A stretch of DNA of 58,044 bases, filler included, from Gonapodya sp. JEL0774 (GCA_027604505.1; 6 parts of 6 records of this genome joined end to end with filler, not necessarily neighbours in it), one strand, 5' to 3'; positions 35,900 through 49,095 are shown, counted from the first letter of the whole stretch. A program made the numbers and translations. Notes: generated by a model from the sequence alone, not told the origin.

Positions 35900-38884
35900 A
35901 TGTCCAACGTCGGGGACACTACACCGCCACGCTTGAAGCTGCCATCATGGAACAATCTCAGTCTTCCGATCATTGACATCCGACTTCCTGGTCTGAGTTG
36001 GGCTCAGTCCGACCAAACCACACCTGTCTCCCTTGATTCTCCAAGTACAGCCAAACCCTCTAATCCTATTGTGCCCGCTTCTCTCTCCGTGGCACTCGCC
36101 GGTATGAGAACTGCAATTCCGTCTGATCCGTCTCCCGCTCGAGTGAGACCTACAGTCGCATTCCCGTCACGAAAGGATCCGAAAAGACGAGAGAACGATC
36201 AAACCAATGTGGCAAAGAATCCGTTTCTGCGCATACTGCAATCGCATCATCTCGATCTGGTGGCGCTGCTTCTTTCAAACAACCTCATTCTCTGTCTGCC
36301 ACCGCCAGCTCTTGCTTCTCGGATGCTTTGGGCAATGGGGAAGCACTGGCCGATTGAAAGGCGGGCCGAGCTTTCTGAATCTGCTCTGAACACACTAGAA
36401 AAGGATGCTTTAGCCTCTCTGGATAGTAGACTGCCTATCGAGTTCTGGAGTGAGCTTTCTCTCAAGATACTCTCCGTGATGATCCACCTTATTTCAACAG
36501 ATTCACCCATACAGGTTCACATATTGTGCGACCGCCCACCTCATTGATATCTAATTCGTCGAATAATTCCTCTACAGTACTAGGCAGAATTTCGTATCTA
36601 TGTGTCACTCTTGAGAGCGAGACTCTGGAACTCCTGTTCTCGGCCTTCCCCCGGCAGGTTGTGACCGGCAGGGGGTTTTCCCGACCCGGCAAAAGACTCG
36701 CTATTGTAGCCGATGAGCTGTTTACGGACGACTACGGTCGCTCGTTTAGCGTGTACGTCCTTGCAGGTCCACTGAGAGTTCCTATCACCAACGAATCAAA
36801 TAAGGACGACAATTCGCACGAGGGCGACCGCGAATCCCTTCCTTTGATATCTGAAAATCTAGAATCGGACCAGTATGCAGGACCACAAGGTCTCGCCCGC
36901 GTTTTCGCCCTTTATCCCACCAAGAGCTCCGCCAGGGCAACGTTGCAGAAGCTCTCGAGTCATTTGCAAAGCTTCACCGACCGAATTATGCCACTTTCTA
37001 CCCTAAAAGAGCTTCGTGAGCTTTCACACAAGGTTCAGGAGGAGTGCATGGATATGGTATTGAATTTGGATCGAGAGGGGCTTCAACGAATGCTCGAGCT
37101 TTGCGAACTGGAAGAAGCCCAGTTTTGGGCGGTCTTGGAAAGGTGCGTTGGGCAATAGTACCAGATAGTACGAATGTACGACAGATTCACATGAATGAGG
37201 AACCGCAAGTTTCGTCGCGGAACAGACGTACGACATTCTTTTCTTCAAGATCAGTGGAATTTTTCGGCGTGAGGATCAGTCGCTCCAGTCTGAAGCCGAG
37301 AAGCTTCGCTACCTTGACGTTCGCAATTTGGATCTCGATGAAGCTCTTGGTGAGTATCCAAAGCAATGTCCGAACATCGGCGGAGCCAATGCAAATATTC
37401 TTAGCAGTATTCACTCTCCGTTTTGTTTGTGCAGGTGCTGTTTTGTACCGTGCTGTGCGAATATTTCCCGCTGTGACGTTCCTCCGCACGCCGGGGGAAA
37501 AACTACATGCACTAGCAGCAACCATGCGAGCACTCGTTGACAGTTCGGCAGCATATCGGTGGTGGAGGCGTATGAATTGGTCTCAGGCAGACGTTTCGTC
37601 GATTCAACTCGACCGGGACTTGTTTGATTTGCCGAGCAGCGAAACCTTCACGTCGCCTTTGCCACAGGACTCTCCCAAAGCGACAAAACTCTCTTCGGAC
37701 GATCTTGTCCCTCTCCTCATTCTTGCAGTAGTGCGCATAACGGAGTCAACTGCAGCCCAACTCATCGCCACGTTCCGGTATATGGCTGACTTCGCGACCT
37801 GGAACGACATTGAACAGGGTGAATGGGCGTTTGTGCTTGCAACAATGGAAAGCGCATTAACTTGGTTAGTCTCCGGTCGCACCACACAAGATATCGACTC
37901 TCAAGGCGAACCAGATCATGTCACACCTCGAACAGATAGTCAGGAAAGACCTCATCAGACTGTTAGTGGGTCGACTTCATTGATCTCGGAGTCACCCAGC
38001 AATAGATTGCAGTCCAGTCGAATGGACATAGAGGAGGTATCGCTCTGGAATGGTCGCTGGTGGGATGCTGTAAAGATGGGGGACTTGCACAAGTGTCAGG
38101 AAATTGTGTCTGGGTACGCTGCGGCGCACGCGGATAGATTCCCTTCTTTCACGGCTGCTCGCGATGACCAAGGAGATGACGCTGTCATAATAGCTACGCG
38201 ACATTCCCGATCGCGCCTTGTTGAGTTTCTTGTCAGTCCATCAACAACTGAAGCAGGGCTACCGCTACCGATTCACTCGGTCAACTTCGCCTACGAAACG
38301 CCAATCCACCTGGCGGTGTCAAATGCCGATATCGAGACTCTCAATGTTTTACTTGCTTATCTACCTCCGTGTCATGATAAGTACCACCCGTATGTAAATG
38401 TTCCGAACGCAGCCGGTTTAAGTCCACTTCTCATTGCTGCTACACTCGAGGAAACGTCTTCACTCAAGATTGTCAAAGTATTACTACGGAGTGGCGCCAA
38501 TCCGAACTGTGTCAACCTTGATGGTCGCACCGCTTTCCACCTCGGCCATGCTTCACTTATGCCACTGCTGTATGAGTATGGTGGTCGATGGGATCTCAAA
38601 GCTCTTGATAACCTCCCGCCACTTCTTTACCGATGCATTGAGAAGGACGTTGCTGGTATGATAGGATTACTAGATGTGGAACGCCGTGCGAGGATTGATG
38701 GGAACTCAGAGTTCTGCTCTATAGACTGGAACGCTGCTGATCTCGGAGGCCGTTCTGTCTTGCACTATATTTCGCTTCGGGGGGGTGCAGAATATGAAAC
38801 AATCTTGCAGATGATTCTGGATATGGGACTCGCACATCTCGATACGGACGGCAATCATTCTGGGCGATCCCAATCGAAATCACC
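35900..38884 (+). CDS. VPS9-domain plus ankyrin-repeat protein (VARP/ANKRD27/Vrl1-like), 3' truncated
   Basis: VPS9 motifs RTPGEKL, SSDDLVPLLILAVV and GEWAFVLATMESAL, followed by ankyrin repeats (ETPIHLAV, GLSPLLIAA..LLRSGANPN, GRTAFHL, GRSVLHY). Confidence 0.85.
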
Positions 38885-38984
38885 NNNNNNNNNNNNNNNN
38901 NNNNNNNNNNNNNNNNNNNNNNNNNNNNTTAATTAATTAANNNNNNNNNNNNNNNNNNNNNNNNNNNNNNNNNNNNNNNNNNNN
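38885..38984. other. Artificial contig linker
   Basis: N44-TTAATTAATTAA-N44. Confidence 0.98.
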
Positions 38985-39770
38985 GCACTGGCCCAGTCGA
39001 ATCTTGGCGTGATGTACGAGGACGGGCGGGGCGTGCAGAAGGATGAGGCGGAGGCTGTGAAGTGGTACAGGAGGGCCGCTGACCAGGGACATGCATGGGC
39101 CCAGTCATATCTTGGTTTCATGTACGAGATCGGTTGGACCGTGCAGAAGGACGAGGCAGAGGCTGTGAAGTGGTACAGGAGGGCCGCAGACCAGGGGAAC
39201 GCAGTTGGACAAAACGGTCTCGGGTGGATGTATGCCACTGAACGCGGAGCATCACAGGATGTACATGAAGCGAAGAAACTCTTCACAACAGCTGCGGATC
39301 AGGGGGATGCCGGGGCCCAGTTTAATCTCGCATACCTGTTTCACTTGCATGGTCTCGGTGGGTGTGAGCGTGATGTGGGAATGGCGGAGGAACTTCTTAA
39401 AAGATCAGGTGATAGTGAGCGGACGTTTGCTCTTGGAATTCTCCATGAGCGTGGGTGGGGCGGAAGAGCGAAGGATGAACAAACAGCAGTGGAATACTAT
39501 TTGAAAGATCTCCGGTGCGCGGCAAAGACTTTACTAGCCGGCATGTACGAGGACGGTCGAGGAGGATTAGATCAGGACCTGGGGACCGCCGTGCGCTTGT
39601 ACACAGAGGCACTAGACCAGCGGGACGTGGTCGCTGCAGTGTCGCTCGGTCGAATGTACGAAAAGGGACTCGGAGGGTTGGCAAAGGACATCAACAAGGC
39701 GATTGAGATGTACGAGTTGGCGGGGACGTGGGAGGCGCGAGTCGCGTTAGAGCGCCTGCGGGGGTCGTGA
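38985..39770 (+). CDS. SEL1-like repeat protein, 3' part; paralog of the gene ending at 47403
   Basis: AQS.LG.MY..G..VQKDEAEAVKWYRRAADQG repeats; C-terminus AGTWEARVALERLRGS. Confidence 0.92.
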   Translation, partial: ALAQSNLGVMYEDGRGVQKDEAEAVKWYRRAADQGHAWAQSYLGFMYEIGWTVQKDEAEAVKWYRRAADQGNAVGQNGLGWMYATERGASQDVHEAKKLFTTAADQGDAGAQFNLAYLFHLHGLGGCERDVGMAEELLKRSGDSERTFALGILHERGWGGRAKDEQTAVEYYLKDLRCAAKTLLAGMYEDGRGGLDQDLGTAVRLYTEALDQRDVVAAVSLGRMYEKGLGGLAKDINKAIEMYELAGTWEARVALERLRGS

Positions 39771-40835
39771 AGGTGGAGCAGTGAACATTTATATTTAATA
39801 TTTATGGTATATGTAATTCTTGAATGTCAGTGGTATTTTCTTTGTGTTTCCGAAGTGCAAATCATGACGTCCCGTGCGCAGTTGTTGACGGCCGAGGTAA
39901 TCCCAGAGACGCCGTTTGAGAATAACAACGGACGGTTGTTGTGAGGGTCGTCAGATGAAAGACGGATCCGTAAAGGTTCTCGTACATGCTACGTTTGTGA
40001 ACAGACGCAGAGGTTAAAAGTCACATGAGGTCGCGAGAGACACAGTTTGGACGTTGTTGGCCTTCACGAAATCACTTTTGCGTTATCGGAACGTTCAGGT
40101 AGGATCAAAATTACCATAGATATGAAGGAAATATAGGTGCGCTTTGCCTCATGTCACGCTCGCCCAAGTCGTGTATGATGTCCATGTGATTCACGCTTTT
40201 GATGCTTTCGGCGCGAATTATTGTCACCGAGGGGATGGCAAGGAGCGAATTCTTTCGGACGCTGAAAAGACGGTCATGCACTGTTTATGCAGCAATTTCG
40301 TAACAAATTTGATCCGTCGATGTCGTTGGTTGTCGATGTTTCCAAGCTAGGTCATCAGCATCATGACGCGAGATTTGATTCGGTGTCGGAAGTAGGGAGT
40401 TAGTTGAAAAACGAGAAACTGACAATATTTCATTCTCGAGCGTTCTCGCCAGATATTTCTGAGCGAAAGCATGATTCCTTTGTGATTTCGTCGTCTGCAG
40501 TGATCGCTTACGACCACTGCCCCAGTCCAAGTCCAGTGATTTCATTCACTTGATCTGCGATTTCCGAAAAAAGTACTTCAGTTGTTATGCTCCAAAATAC
40601 AGAAGCTGCGAGCATGTGCTTGGAGAAGGGATGATTGCCCGCGTAACGAGGGGAAACCATGAAGCAGCCGAAAGATTGGTTGGGCTGTCCGAAGGCGTAA
40701 GATCAACTCGAACGTCAAGAGCAAGCGAAGTATTAGTAGGCGAGCCTCAGAACGTGGTTGACTGAAGTTGAAGGTGGAGAAACATGACGAATCGGGGGGG
40801 AAGAACGAGAAGGCATACGGAGAACTCCAACGCCG
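38985..40835 (+). repeat. Segmental tandem duplication, copy A (copy B about 46730-48467)
   Basis: The coding 3' end and ~1 kb of downstream DNA are recognisably homologous, e.g. CGACCACTGCCCAGTCCAAGTCCAGTGATTTCATTCACTTGA occurs in both. Stop codons are 7633 bp apart. Confidence 0.93.
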
Positions 40836-42379
40836 CACTATAACAGTTCAAGAAGTTGAACAAAATGTTGATGCCGAAAAGAAGGAGTGTTTTTGAATTA
40901 GAGAATCAGTGATCAGAATTGGGGATGTAGAGACGTACAAAGTATCACATAGTGACAAGCATTCTTGTGTTACCCGGCTGGAATCAGTCACAACCGAGTC
41001 TCCACCACCACAGTTCGACTCGCAGCACCGATTCTACCAATGGCCACTTGCAACACCGCACAGAAGACTCCACGCACGTAGACCAGATTGATTCCTTCCT
41101 ATTATACCAACTTGCAATCCCCACACGTCCCACACCAGCGAGGGATCCTTGTTCAGTCCGAGGGCCATCAATCAAAAGGCCCCCGCCAGATTTTTCATCT
41201 CTCCACCCACCCTCCCTCGCCACTCGCGATTCGCCGAGATCAGTCGGTGGTGTCCTAGTCAAAGGGGACTGAGGGTGGACGGTGGATGGTGGAGGGCGGA
41301 GTGGTGTAATGACCAAACCGTCAAACAGAGGGACTTTCGTATCCCCCACTCCCCACCGCGTCATCCTGCGGGGCAACCCGGTCCGTCAAACCAATCTCCC
41401 CCGCACGCACACACGGTGGGCATGTCCATCACTCACACACTCACACTCGGCGGGCACATCGGGCGCTGCCGCACGCAGCCACGGCACCTCCACATATCCG
41501 CTTCCACATCCACGTCCCACGTACACAACCCACCTCCACGATCCCCATCCACCTCCGACGCCGCCCGTGCGGCGTGTGTCCCGGAGCCGACCGTAGGGTG
41601 GTACTCTGTGCTCGTTACTCTCCACACTCCATTGGCCCGTCTCGTCCCACCCACACATACCCTCCCCATCCCAACCAACCCTCCCTCCCTCCCTCCCACC
41701 TCACGCTTCCTCCCACCTCCCGCCTCACGCTCCCTCCCACCTCCCACCTCCCACCTCCCGCCCCTCCGGCCTCCCGCCCCTCCCCCCCACCGCCGACCAG
41801 GAAGCCGGACTTGTTTGATCCCGCGTTTTTTTCCTCCCCGTCCACGTCCACTTCCAACCTGTGGGTCGGTCGTGCGCTGGAGTCGGGAGTGGTGGATTAC
41901 GGGGTGGGGTGCGGTAGGGCGGAACATCCACGCACACGTCTCGGGACTCGCACCCCACCGTAGCCCACCAGCCTGTCACCACCGCCTGACCCACCAGGCG
42001 CCATCTCATCGCCACCGCTGCCGCCACCCCCCCTCTTCTCGGACCTTACCGACGTGCCAACATATCGACCTACCAACGGAAAGACGTACCAGCTGATTGG
42101 GTGGGACGGGCCATGAGACGCGTCTCGTGTGGTGGGGTCGCGGTCGCGATCGGGGTGGGAGTGGTGGTGTGGCTGGTGTGGTGGGTGGTGGGTGTGGACC
42201 ACGCACACCCGAACACATGACGTAGCGACGTAGCGAGGTGGGCGACCCGGTCCCGTGGTCACACACGTGGAGTGGAGTGGAGGGGACTCGGCTGTTCCCA
42301 CCGGGCGGCTGCGACTGGTCGAGGCTGAGTGTGGGAGTGTGGGAAGGGGTTCCCTCGCCATCGTACTCCAATCGGCCCC

Positions 42380-43990
42380 GGCATGGCCAAGAGGCACGCC
42401 CACGACGACGACAACAAAAAAGAATGAAAGAATGGAAGAGAGGGAGAAAAAAAGAACGAAAGAAAGCACCACGTAATAGATGGACACACGAGGGCGACCA
42501 CAGAGGCGACCCACGATGGTGGGGCATCCGACAACCGAACAAAATGAAAACCCACAGAAAGCAACGAAAACCTGAACCACAACTCTCGAACCTGGAAACA
42601 CAAACCTCCAACGTCTGCGCCATCTGTACCCTGGCCCCCTTCCCGCCCCCGCCACCCTTTGTGTTCTCTGTCTCGCCTTCGTTCCGATTCACAATTCCTT
42701 TCCTTTCCTTTCCGTGGCACTCTCTCCCGCGCCGTGCTGCTTCCCTGACTCCAACGTCGAATCCGCAAACTGCTCACGGTGTGTGGGCTCGGGGCCTCGG
42801 GGTCGGGAATTCAGATGGTCGCGTCGCGGAGTCAGGTCGGGCAGTGCTCGCGATCGAACAGGACACGGGCTCGGGCGTGCTTGAGGAAAACAGAGCGGGT
42901 GACGTGTCGTGCCGCCAGTCCCCCCCACCACCCACCACCACCATCCCGCCCCTCCTCTTCTCACACCCCACCACCACTCACCACGCACGCACTCCCTTCC
43001 TCGCATATCCACGAGATACTCACGAGAGTGGCACACCTGCCGGTCGTCCCACCTGCCACCGACGCCATTTTTCGACCCTGGCGCTCATCCCGGCACAACT
43101 CCCGAACATCCACAAGCGACTCACGAGATGCACCACCTGCCCGATTTCCCACTCCGTTGCTGACCCAGACCTGGACGCTTCACCCGCCCCAAATCCCGCT
43201 CGCACCTTTCACCTTTCGCGCACCGCACCCCGTACCCCTGCGCACATGCAGTATCGGGTCACGGCTCACTGCTCACCAGTCTGTGGACCTCGTGGCGTAA
43301 CGATTGTCGAAGGAACTTTGAAATTTCTCCAGTAACCGACGCAGGAATTCGATACGTGGGGCTGGGAGGGAGGAAGGGAGGAGGGGCGGAAGGGGGGGTA
43401 TGGCGTATTGGGTGTGGTGTCTGGCGTCCGCTAGGGGGTCGGGGGTGGGGTGGGGTGGGTGTGAGGTGGGAGGTGGATGGAAAATGCTGCATTCCTGAAT
43501 GCTCAATCCTCACCGTGACCAGCACCGCCCGTGCCGGCGCGGTGTTCCCCTCCCCGATCCCCCGCATCGCATCCAGACCCACCACCTGACTGCCCCACCG
43601 ATCCACCGCCCGACCACCAGCCTCGCCCTGTCACACCTCGAGTCCTCCCGCCCTGAAGGGTGAGTCTGGAGAACGGCGCGGCAGGGGGTACAGTACGGCA
43701 CGGCAAGGAAAGGAGAGAAAGGAAAGGAACGGGGAAGCGGAAGGAGGGTGAGACGCGGGACACGAATGGTGGCGAAACAGGGGGCAGGGGGCATAGAGGC
43801 GCGTCAGGGTCGGGGGTCAAGGCCGAGGTTGGTTGTTTCAGTTATTCGGTTCTGGGGTCCACCCTGTCGTGATGGGGATTGTTTTTGATGGGCCCTCTTC
43901 ATTGTTCTTTCATCCATTCGTTCATTTCTTCGTTCATACATCCATCCGTTCATTTTGTTGTCACGGAGGCGTGCCTTTTTGCCAGGGGAC
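42380..43990. repeat. Diverged inverted repeat pair (about 42380-42760 versus 43660-43990) within GC-rich low-complexity DNA
   Basis: The reverse complement of 43660-43800 (..CGCCACCATTCGTGTCCCGCGTCTCACCCTCCTTCCGCTTCCCCGTTCCTTTCCTTTC..) matches 42650-42720 (..CGCCACCCTTTGTGTTCTCTGTCTCGCCTTCGTTCCGATTCACAATTCCTTTCCTTTC..). AGGCACGCC...GACAACAAAA is also shared. Confidence 0.65.
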
Positions 43991-44378
43991 CACTCGAGTC
44001 GAAAGTTCAATTATTAAACCGGTGATCTGTCGAGGATTGGCTTCGAATGTCAGATGGCTGTATTGCGAAAATCCTCACAGAGCTGAAACGGGGGACCATT
44101 CTCAAACTGCTGATTAGTGCAACACAACAACACATGAACATCCTTTTTGGACGCATTAATGCTTGTAATTTGGCCACCACCAGCTATTATGCCGATTTAA
44201 TTGTCACACGACGAATGTATGAAGTATAAGAGATTTCCTGGATGGGAGCCAATCGTGTTGTGCTTTGGAGGTGTGTCCCATTGAGGAGGACCACAGCAGC
44301 CGGGATAAGTCACACCTCCCTCTCAAGCCACACCACAACACGCTGTGTCTCCAAGACAGTCCCCACGAGGCCGGCACG

Positions 44379-47300
44379 ATGCTCCCTATCGCAGAGTTTT
44401 TCAAATTAATTACATCGGCTCTTGAGAAAAACGCCGCTGATGGATCCGCCGATGCGCGCAACGACGGGACCGCCCTCGTCACGGGAATCCCTGGGGCTTG
44501 GAAAACAACCCGCGTCCAACCCCACTTGTCTACATTGGCCTCTCCAACCGGGAGAGAAGACGCTCCGAGGCCCACATCGGCAGTTCCCGACAGCGGGCAA
44601 TCCGCTCTCGTGACACCCCTCGATGGAGCTGGACCGTCTCAACCAGCCGACGTGGCGCCTGCGCGGGAATACATTCTCGATCATACGGAGCATTGGCAAA
44701 CTGCGATCCTTCCCAATTTTACTGGACTTTTGAATGCAGAACCAATTGCCCACCAGCTTCCACTTCCCGTGCTTCCTCCCGCGGGAGCAAACATCCCGAA
44801 AGATGTAACCCCAAAGACATCAATCTCTGAGCTTGCGAAAATTCCAGATGTCTGGGAAATCAAGGAATCTGACTTGATCTGCTCTGTCAGTGAAGTGCTA
44901 GGAAAGGGAGGGTATGGTGTCGTATACTGTGGAAAATGGCTCAACGACATTGATGTCGCCGTCAAGGTGATAACTTTTGCAAAGGGATATGACATGAAGA
45001 TGAGAGGCGTTTTCAGTTATGCGGTCACCGGGACTCACATTGCTGATCTCTTGCAGTCTTTCGATGACGAGGCAACCACGTGGTACAACTTGACCTCTCA
45101 GCATGTACTGCGTTTGTACGGTATCGTGAAGCGAGGAAACATGTTTGCGTTCGTCTCCCCAATCTTGGAGTATGGAAGCGTGCCGAAATATCTTGAACGA
45201 TTCAACGGGGACGAATATCTAAGGCGAGCTGAAGTACTCTTGCTGGTGCGTCCATATCACTTGTGTGGCTGCAGTCAGCCACGTTTTAGGTTCCATTTCA
45301 CTTCTAGCTTCTCGATATTGCTCGCGGGTTGGAGTACTTGCACAGCTTGAACATAGTCCACGCGGATCTCTCTCCGGACAATGCTCTTGTAGACAGAAGG
45401 AAACACGCAGTTTTGACCGATTTTGGAACGTCGAAAGTTTTGAGTGCAGGGACATTTGACGCCACTGGTGGTCGTGTTGGGAAGGCACGATATATGTCAC
45501 CTGAACGATTGCGAGGAGAGGGGACAACAAAGGCAGACGATAGTTACGCATTTGGGATGCTGATGTATTCGGTATGTAAAGTGGGAGTGGTCGTTGGTTT
45601 TAATCCTTTGATAACCTTTACCGATTTCATTTTGAAGCTCTGGAACAAGAAGGAACCTTTTGGAGAACTTCCCACCATGCAGTTCTATGCAAGTCTACAT
45701 AAAATATGCCATCATCCACATGACCGCTCAAACATTCCGGCAGACGCTAATATGCCCGCGGAACTCGAAACGTTGATGCAACAATGTTGGAATCCAGATC
45801 CAACCAAGCGTCCACCGTTTACCTCAATCACCAGAATTCTTTCTCAGATCACGTAAGTAGTTTGCTTCTCTATCCATCTTCCTGATTCTCATCACATGCC
45901 ACCTAGTCCTGAGCGACCACCAGCCGAGATTGACTCTGTCCCTGAGGCAGACTTGATTGGTGATGCAGAATATTTATGGACTTTGGCAGATGGCTTTCAC
46001 CATGGACGTCAGGGAAGGGAACAAAACTTGGACAAGGCATCGCAGGTTTATTTACGTGCGGCAGAATTTGGCCACGTGGAGGCGATGCATCAACTCTACT
46101 TTTTCTACAAGAATGGGCTTGGAATACTTCCAAAGAACTCCGAATCTGCATTCAAGTGGTGCCAACGTGCAGCTGAGCACGGTAACCTTCAGGCACAATT
46201 TGACCTGGGTGATTGCTTCTATTTCGGTCAAGGACACGCAATAGACCACAAGGAGGCAGTAAAGTGGTGGAGGAAGGCCGCTGAACAGGGCTCCGTACAG
46301 GCGCAGTATAATCTTGGTGTCATGTATGCGAATGGACAGGGCGTGCAGAAGGATGAGGCGGAGGAGGTGAAGTGGTACAGGAGGGCCGCTGATCAGGGTT
46401 ATGCACCGGCCCAGTATAATCTTGGTTTCATGTATGCGAATGGACAGGGCGTGCAGAAGGACGAGGCGGAGGCTGTGAAGTTGTACAGGAGGGCCGCAGA
46501 CCAGGGTGACGCAATGGCTCAGTATAATCTTGGTGTCATGTATGCAAATGGACAGGGTGTGCAGAAGGACGAGGCAGAGGCTGTGAAGTGGCACATGAGG
46601 GCCGCCGACCAGGGTGACGCTGATGCGCAGGTCGGTCTTGGTGTCATGTATCGGAAGGGCAGGGGTGTGCAGAAGGATGAGGCGGTGGCTGTAAAGTGGT
46701 ACAGGAGGGCCGCTGACCGGGGGCACGTACCGGCCCAGTCAAATCTTGGTTTGATGTACCAGAACGGGTGGGGTGTTCACAAGGATGAGGCGGAGGCTGT
46801 GAAGTGGTACAGGAAGGCCGCTGACCAGGGTGACGCAATGGGGCAAAACAACCTCGGGTGGATGTACGTCAGCGGTCAAGGTGCATCACGGGATGTACAT
46901 GAAGCAAGGAAACTCTTCACAGCCGCCGGGGAGCAAGGAGATGCTTGGGCACAGTTCAATCTTGCGTACTTGTTCCACTTCCATGGTCTCGGTGGGTGTG
47001 AGCGTGATGTGGGAATGGCGGAGGAGCTCTTTACAAGATCAGGTGATGGCGAGCATGATTGGGCACTTGGGATCCTCCATGAGCGTGGGTGGGTGGAAGA
47101 GCAAAAGATGAGCAAAAAGCAGTGGATTACTATTTGAAAGATCTCAGATGCATGGCAAAGACTTTACTGGCAGCAATGTACAAGGACGGTCGAGGAGGAT
47201 TAGATCAGGACTTGGCGGCTGCTGTGCGCTTGTACACAGAGGCTCTCGAAGAGGGGGACGTGGTCGCTGCAGTGGGTCTCGGTAGGATGTACGAGAAGGG

Positions 47301-47403
47301 ACTCGGAGGATTGCCAAAGGACATTAGCAAGGCGATTGAGATGTACGAGATGGCGGGGACGTGGGAGGCGCGTAGTGCGTTGGAGCGGCTGAGAGGGTCG
47401 TGA
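44379..47403 (+). CDS. Tyrosine-kinase-like (TKL) kinase fused to SEL1 repeats; 1-nt frameshift near 47093; true start uncertain
   Basis: GKGGYGVV, VAVK, HADLSPDN, DFG, YMSPE and CW..DP.KRP. Intron 45853-45906 joins the kinase in frame to the SEL1 exon. The C-terminus continues in a shifted frame to 47403. Confidence 0.88.
46301..46840 (+). repeat. Five high-identity 108-bp SEL1-coding tandem units
   Basis: 36-aa units AQxxLGxMYxxGxGVxKDEAxxVKxxxxAADxGxxx with near-identical codons. Confidence 0.93.
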
Positions 47404-48467
47404 GGTGTAGCAGCACACATGTGTATTTAATATTTATTGTGTATCGAATTCTTGAATGTCAGTGGTACTGTTTCTTGGCCTTTCAGAAGTACACACGCTG
47501 ACGTCCCATGTGCAGTTGTTGACGCCAGAGGTTATCCCAGAGACATGTTTTTAATTACGACAGACGGTTGCGGTGGTGGTGGTCAGATGAAAGGGGGATC
47601 AGTGAAGGTTCTCGGACATGCCACGCATGTGTACAGATGCAGAGCTTAAATGAGGCGCGGGAGAGATGAAGTTTGGACGTTGTTGGCCTTCATGAAAATA
47701 CATTTGCGTGATCGGAACGTTCACGTAGGATCAAAAATATCATCAACATGGAGCAAATAGAGGGGCGCTTCGCTTTATGTAACGCTTGCCCGGGTCGTGC
47801 TTGGTGTACACGCAATTCACGCTATCAACGATTTCGGCGGGAACTACTGTGACCGAGGGGCAGACAGAGAGAAGTTCTTTCGAACGCTTGACAAACGGAA
47901 ATCCACTATTTATGCAGCAATTTCGTAAGAAATTTGATCCGTCGATATCATTGGTTGTCGATGTATAATAGTTAGGTCACCGACATGATGATTGGAGATT
48001 TGATTCTGTGTCGGAAGTTTGGGGGGTTAGTTGAAAAACAAGAAACTGACAATATTTCATTCTCAAGCTTTCTTGGCAGATATTTCTTGGTGAAAGCATG
48101 ATTCCTTTGTGATTTCCTCGTCTGCAGTGATCGCATACGACCACTGCCCCAGTCCAAGTCCAGTGATTTCATTCACTTGAGCTGCGATTTCCGAAAAAAG
48201 TACTTCAGTTGTATCCTCCCAAATACAGAAGCTGCGAGTATGTGCTTGGAGAAGGGACGATTGAATGTTTTAACCGGGGACTGGATTGAAAACCAAGAAG
48301 CATCCGAGAGATGTGTCGGGATGTCCAATAGCACAAGATCGACTTGAGCGTCAAGAGCAAGAAAAGCGGTATGCGAACGCTCAGAACGTGGTTGACTGAA
48401 GTTGAAGGTGGAGAAACATGACGAATCGGGGGGGAAGAAGGAGAAGGCATACGGAGAACTCCACCGC

Positions 48468-48567
48468 NNNNNNNNNNNNNNNNNNNNNNNNNNNNNNNNN
48501 NNNNNNNNNNNTTAATTAATTAANNNNNNNNNNNNNNNNNNNNNNNNNNNNNNNNNNNNNNNNNNNN
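48468..48567. other. Artificial contig linker
   Basis: N44-TTAATTAATTAA-N44. Confidence 0.98.
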
Positions 48568-49095
48568 ACTAGGGGGGGTTCGGGGAGGGTGAGGGATCAA
48601 AGCCACCGCGGAATGAGACACTGCACTTGGCATGGGTGAGGTTGCTAAAGGTTTTGCAGGAAGTTGGCGGTATTGCGATGGTGATGGCATCGCTTGGGCT
48701 TCGTGATTGATGAGATTGCACGGTGCTGTTTTGCAATGGTTCACCGGCGGATGGGTTCGCAAACATCAGGTCATGGTTACGTGTCTTGTACAAACTCTCC
48801 ACAAGTCCATACAATATATCGAGAAAGATAGATTGTGTTGAGTTCCTGTGCCGTTGATCCTCTGGACAACCAATGAGTGCTGGCTTAAAGCCTCCTAAAA
48901 ATGCATCCATTTCGATGGTATCGGTTACAACAATGATTTGGTCAGATCCTGGGAAGTATGCGTATTGATGTATCCAGGGATCGATGGGAGAGGGACTGAA
49001 ACGGCCAGGAAACCCCGCTGACGGCCCGTGTTGAAACCCTAAAGTGCAACTAACTTGCCATCTTTCCTTCGCTGTAGCTGTTGTCCTGTGGAGAA

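Noticed and set aside
41149..43335. Long overlapping ORFs of 250-365 aa on both strands
   Set aside because: Pro/Gly/Arg-rich products of GC-rich low-complexity DNA with no domain motifs.
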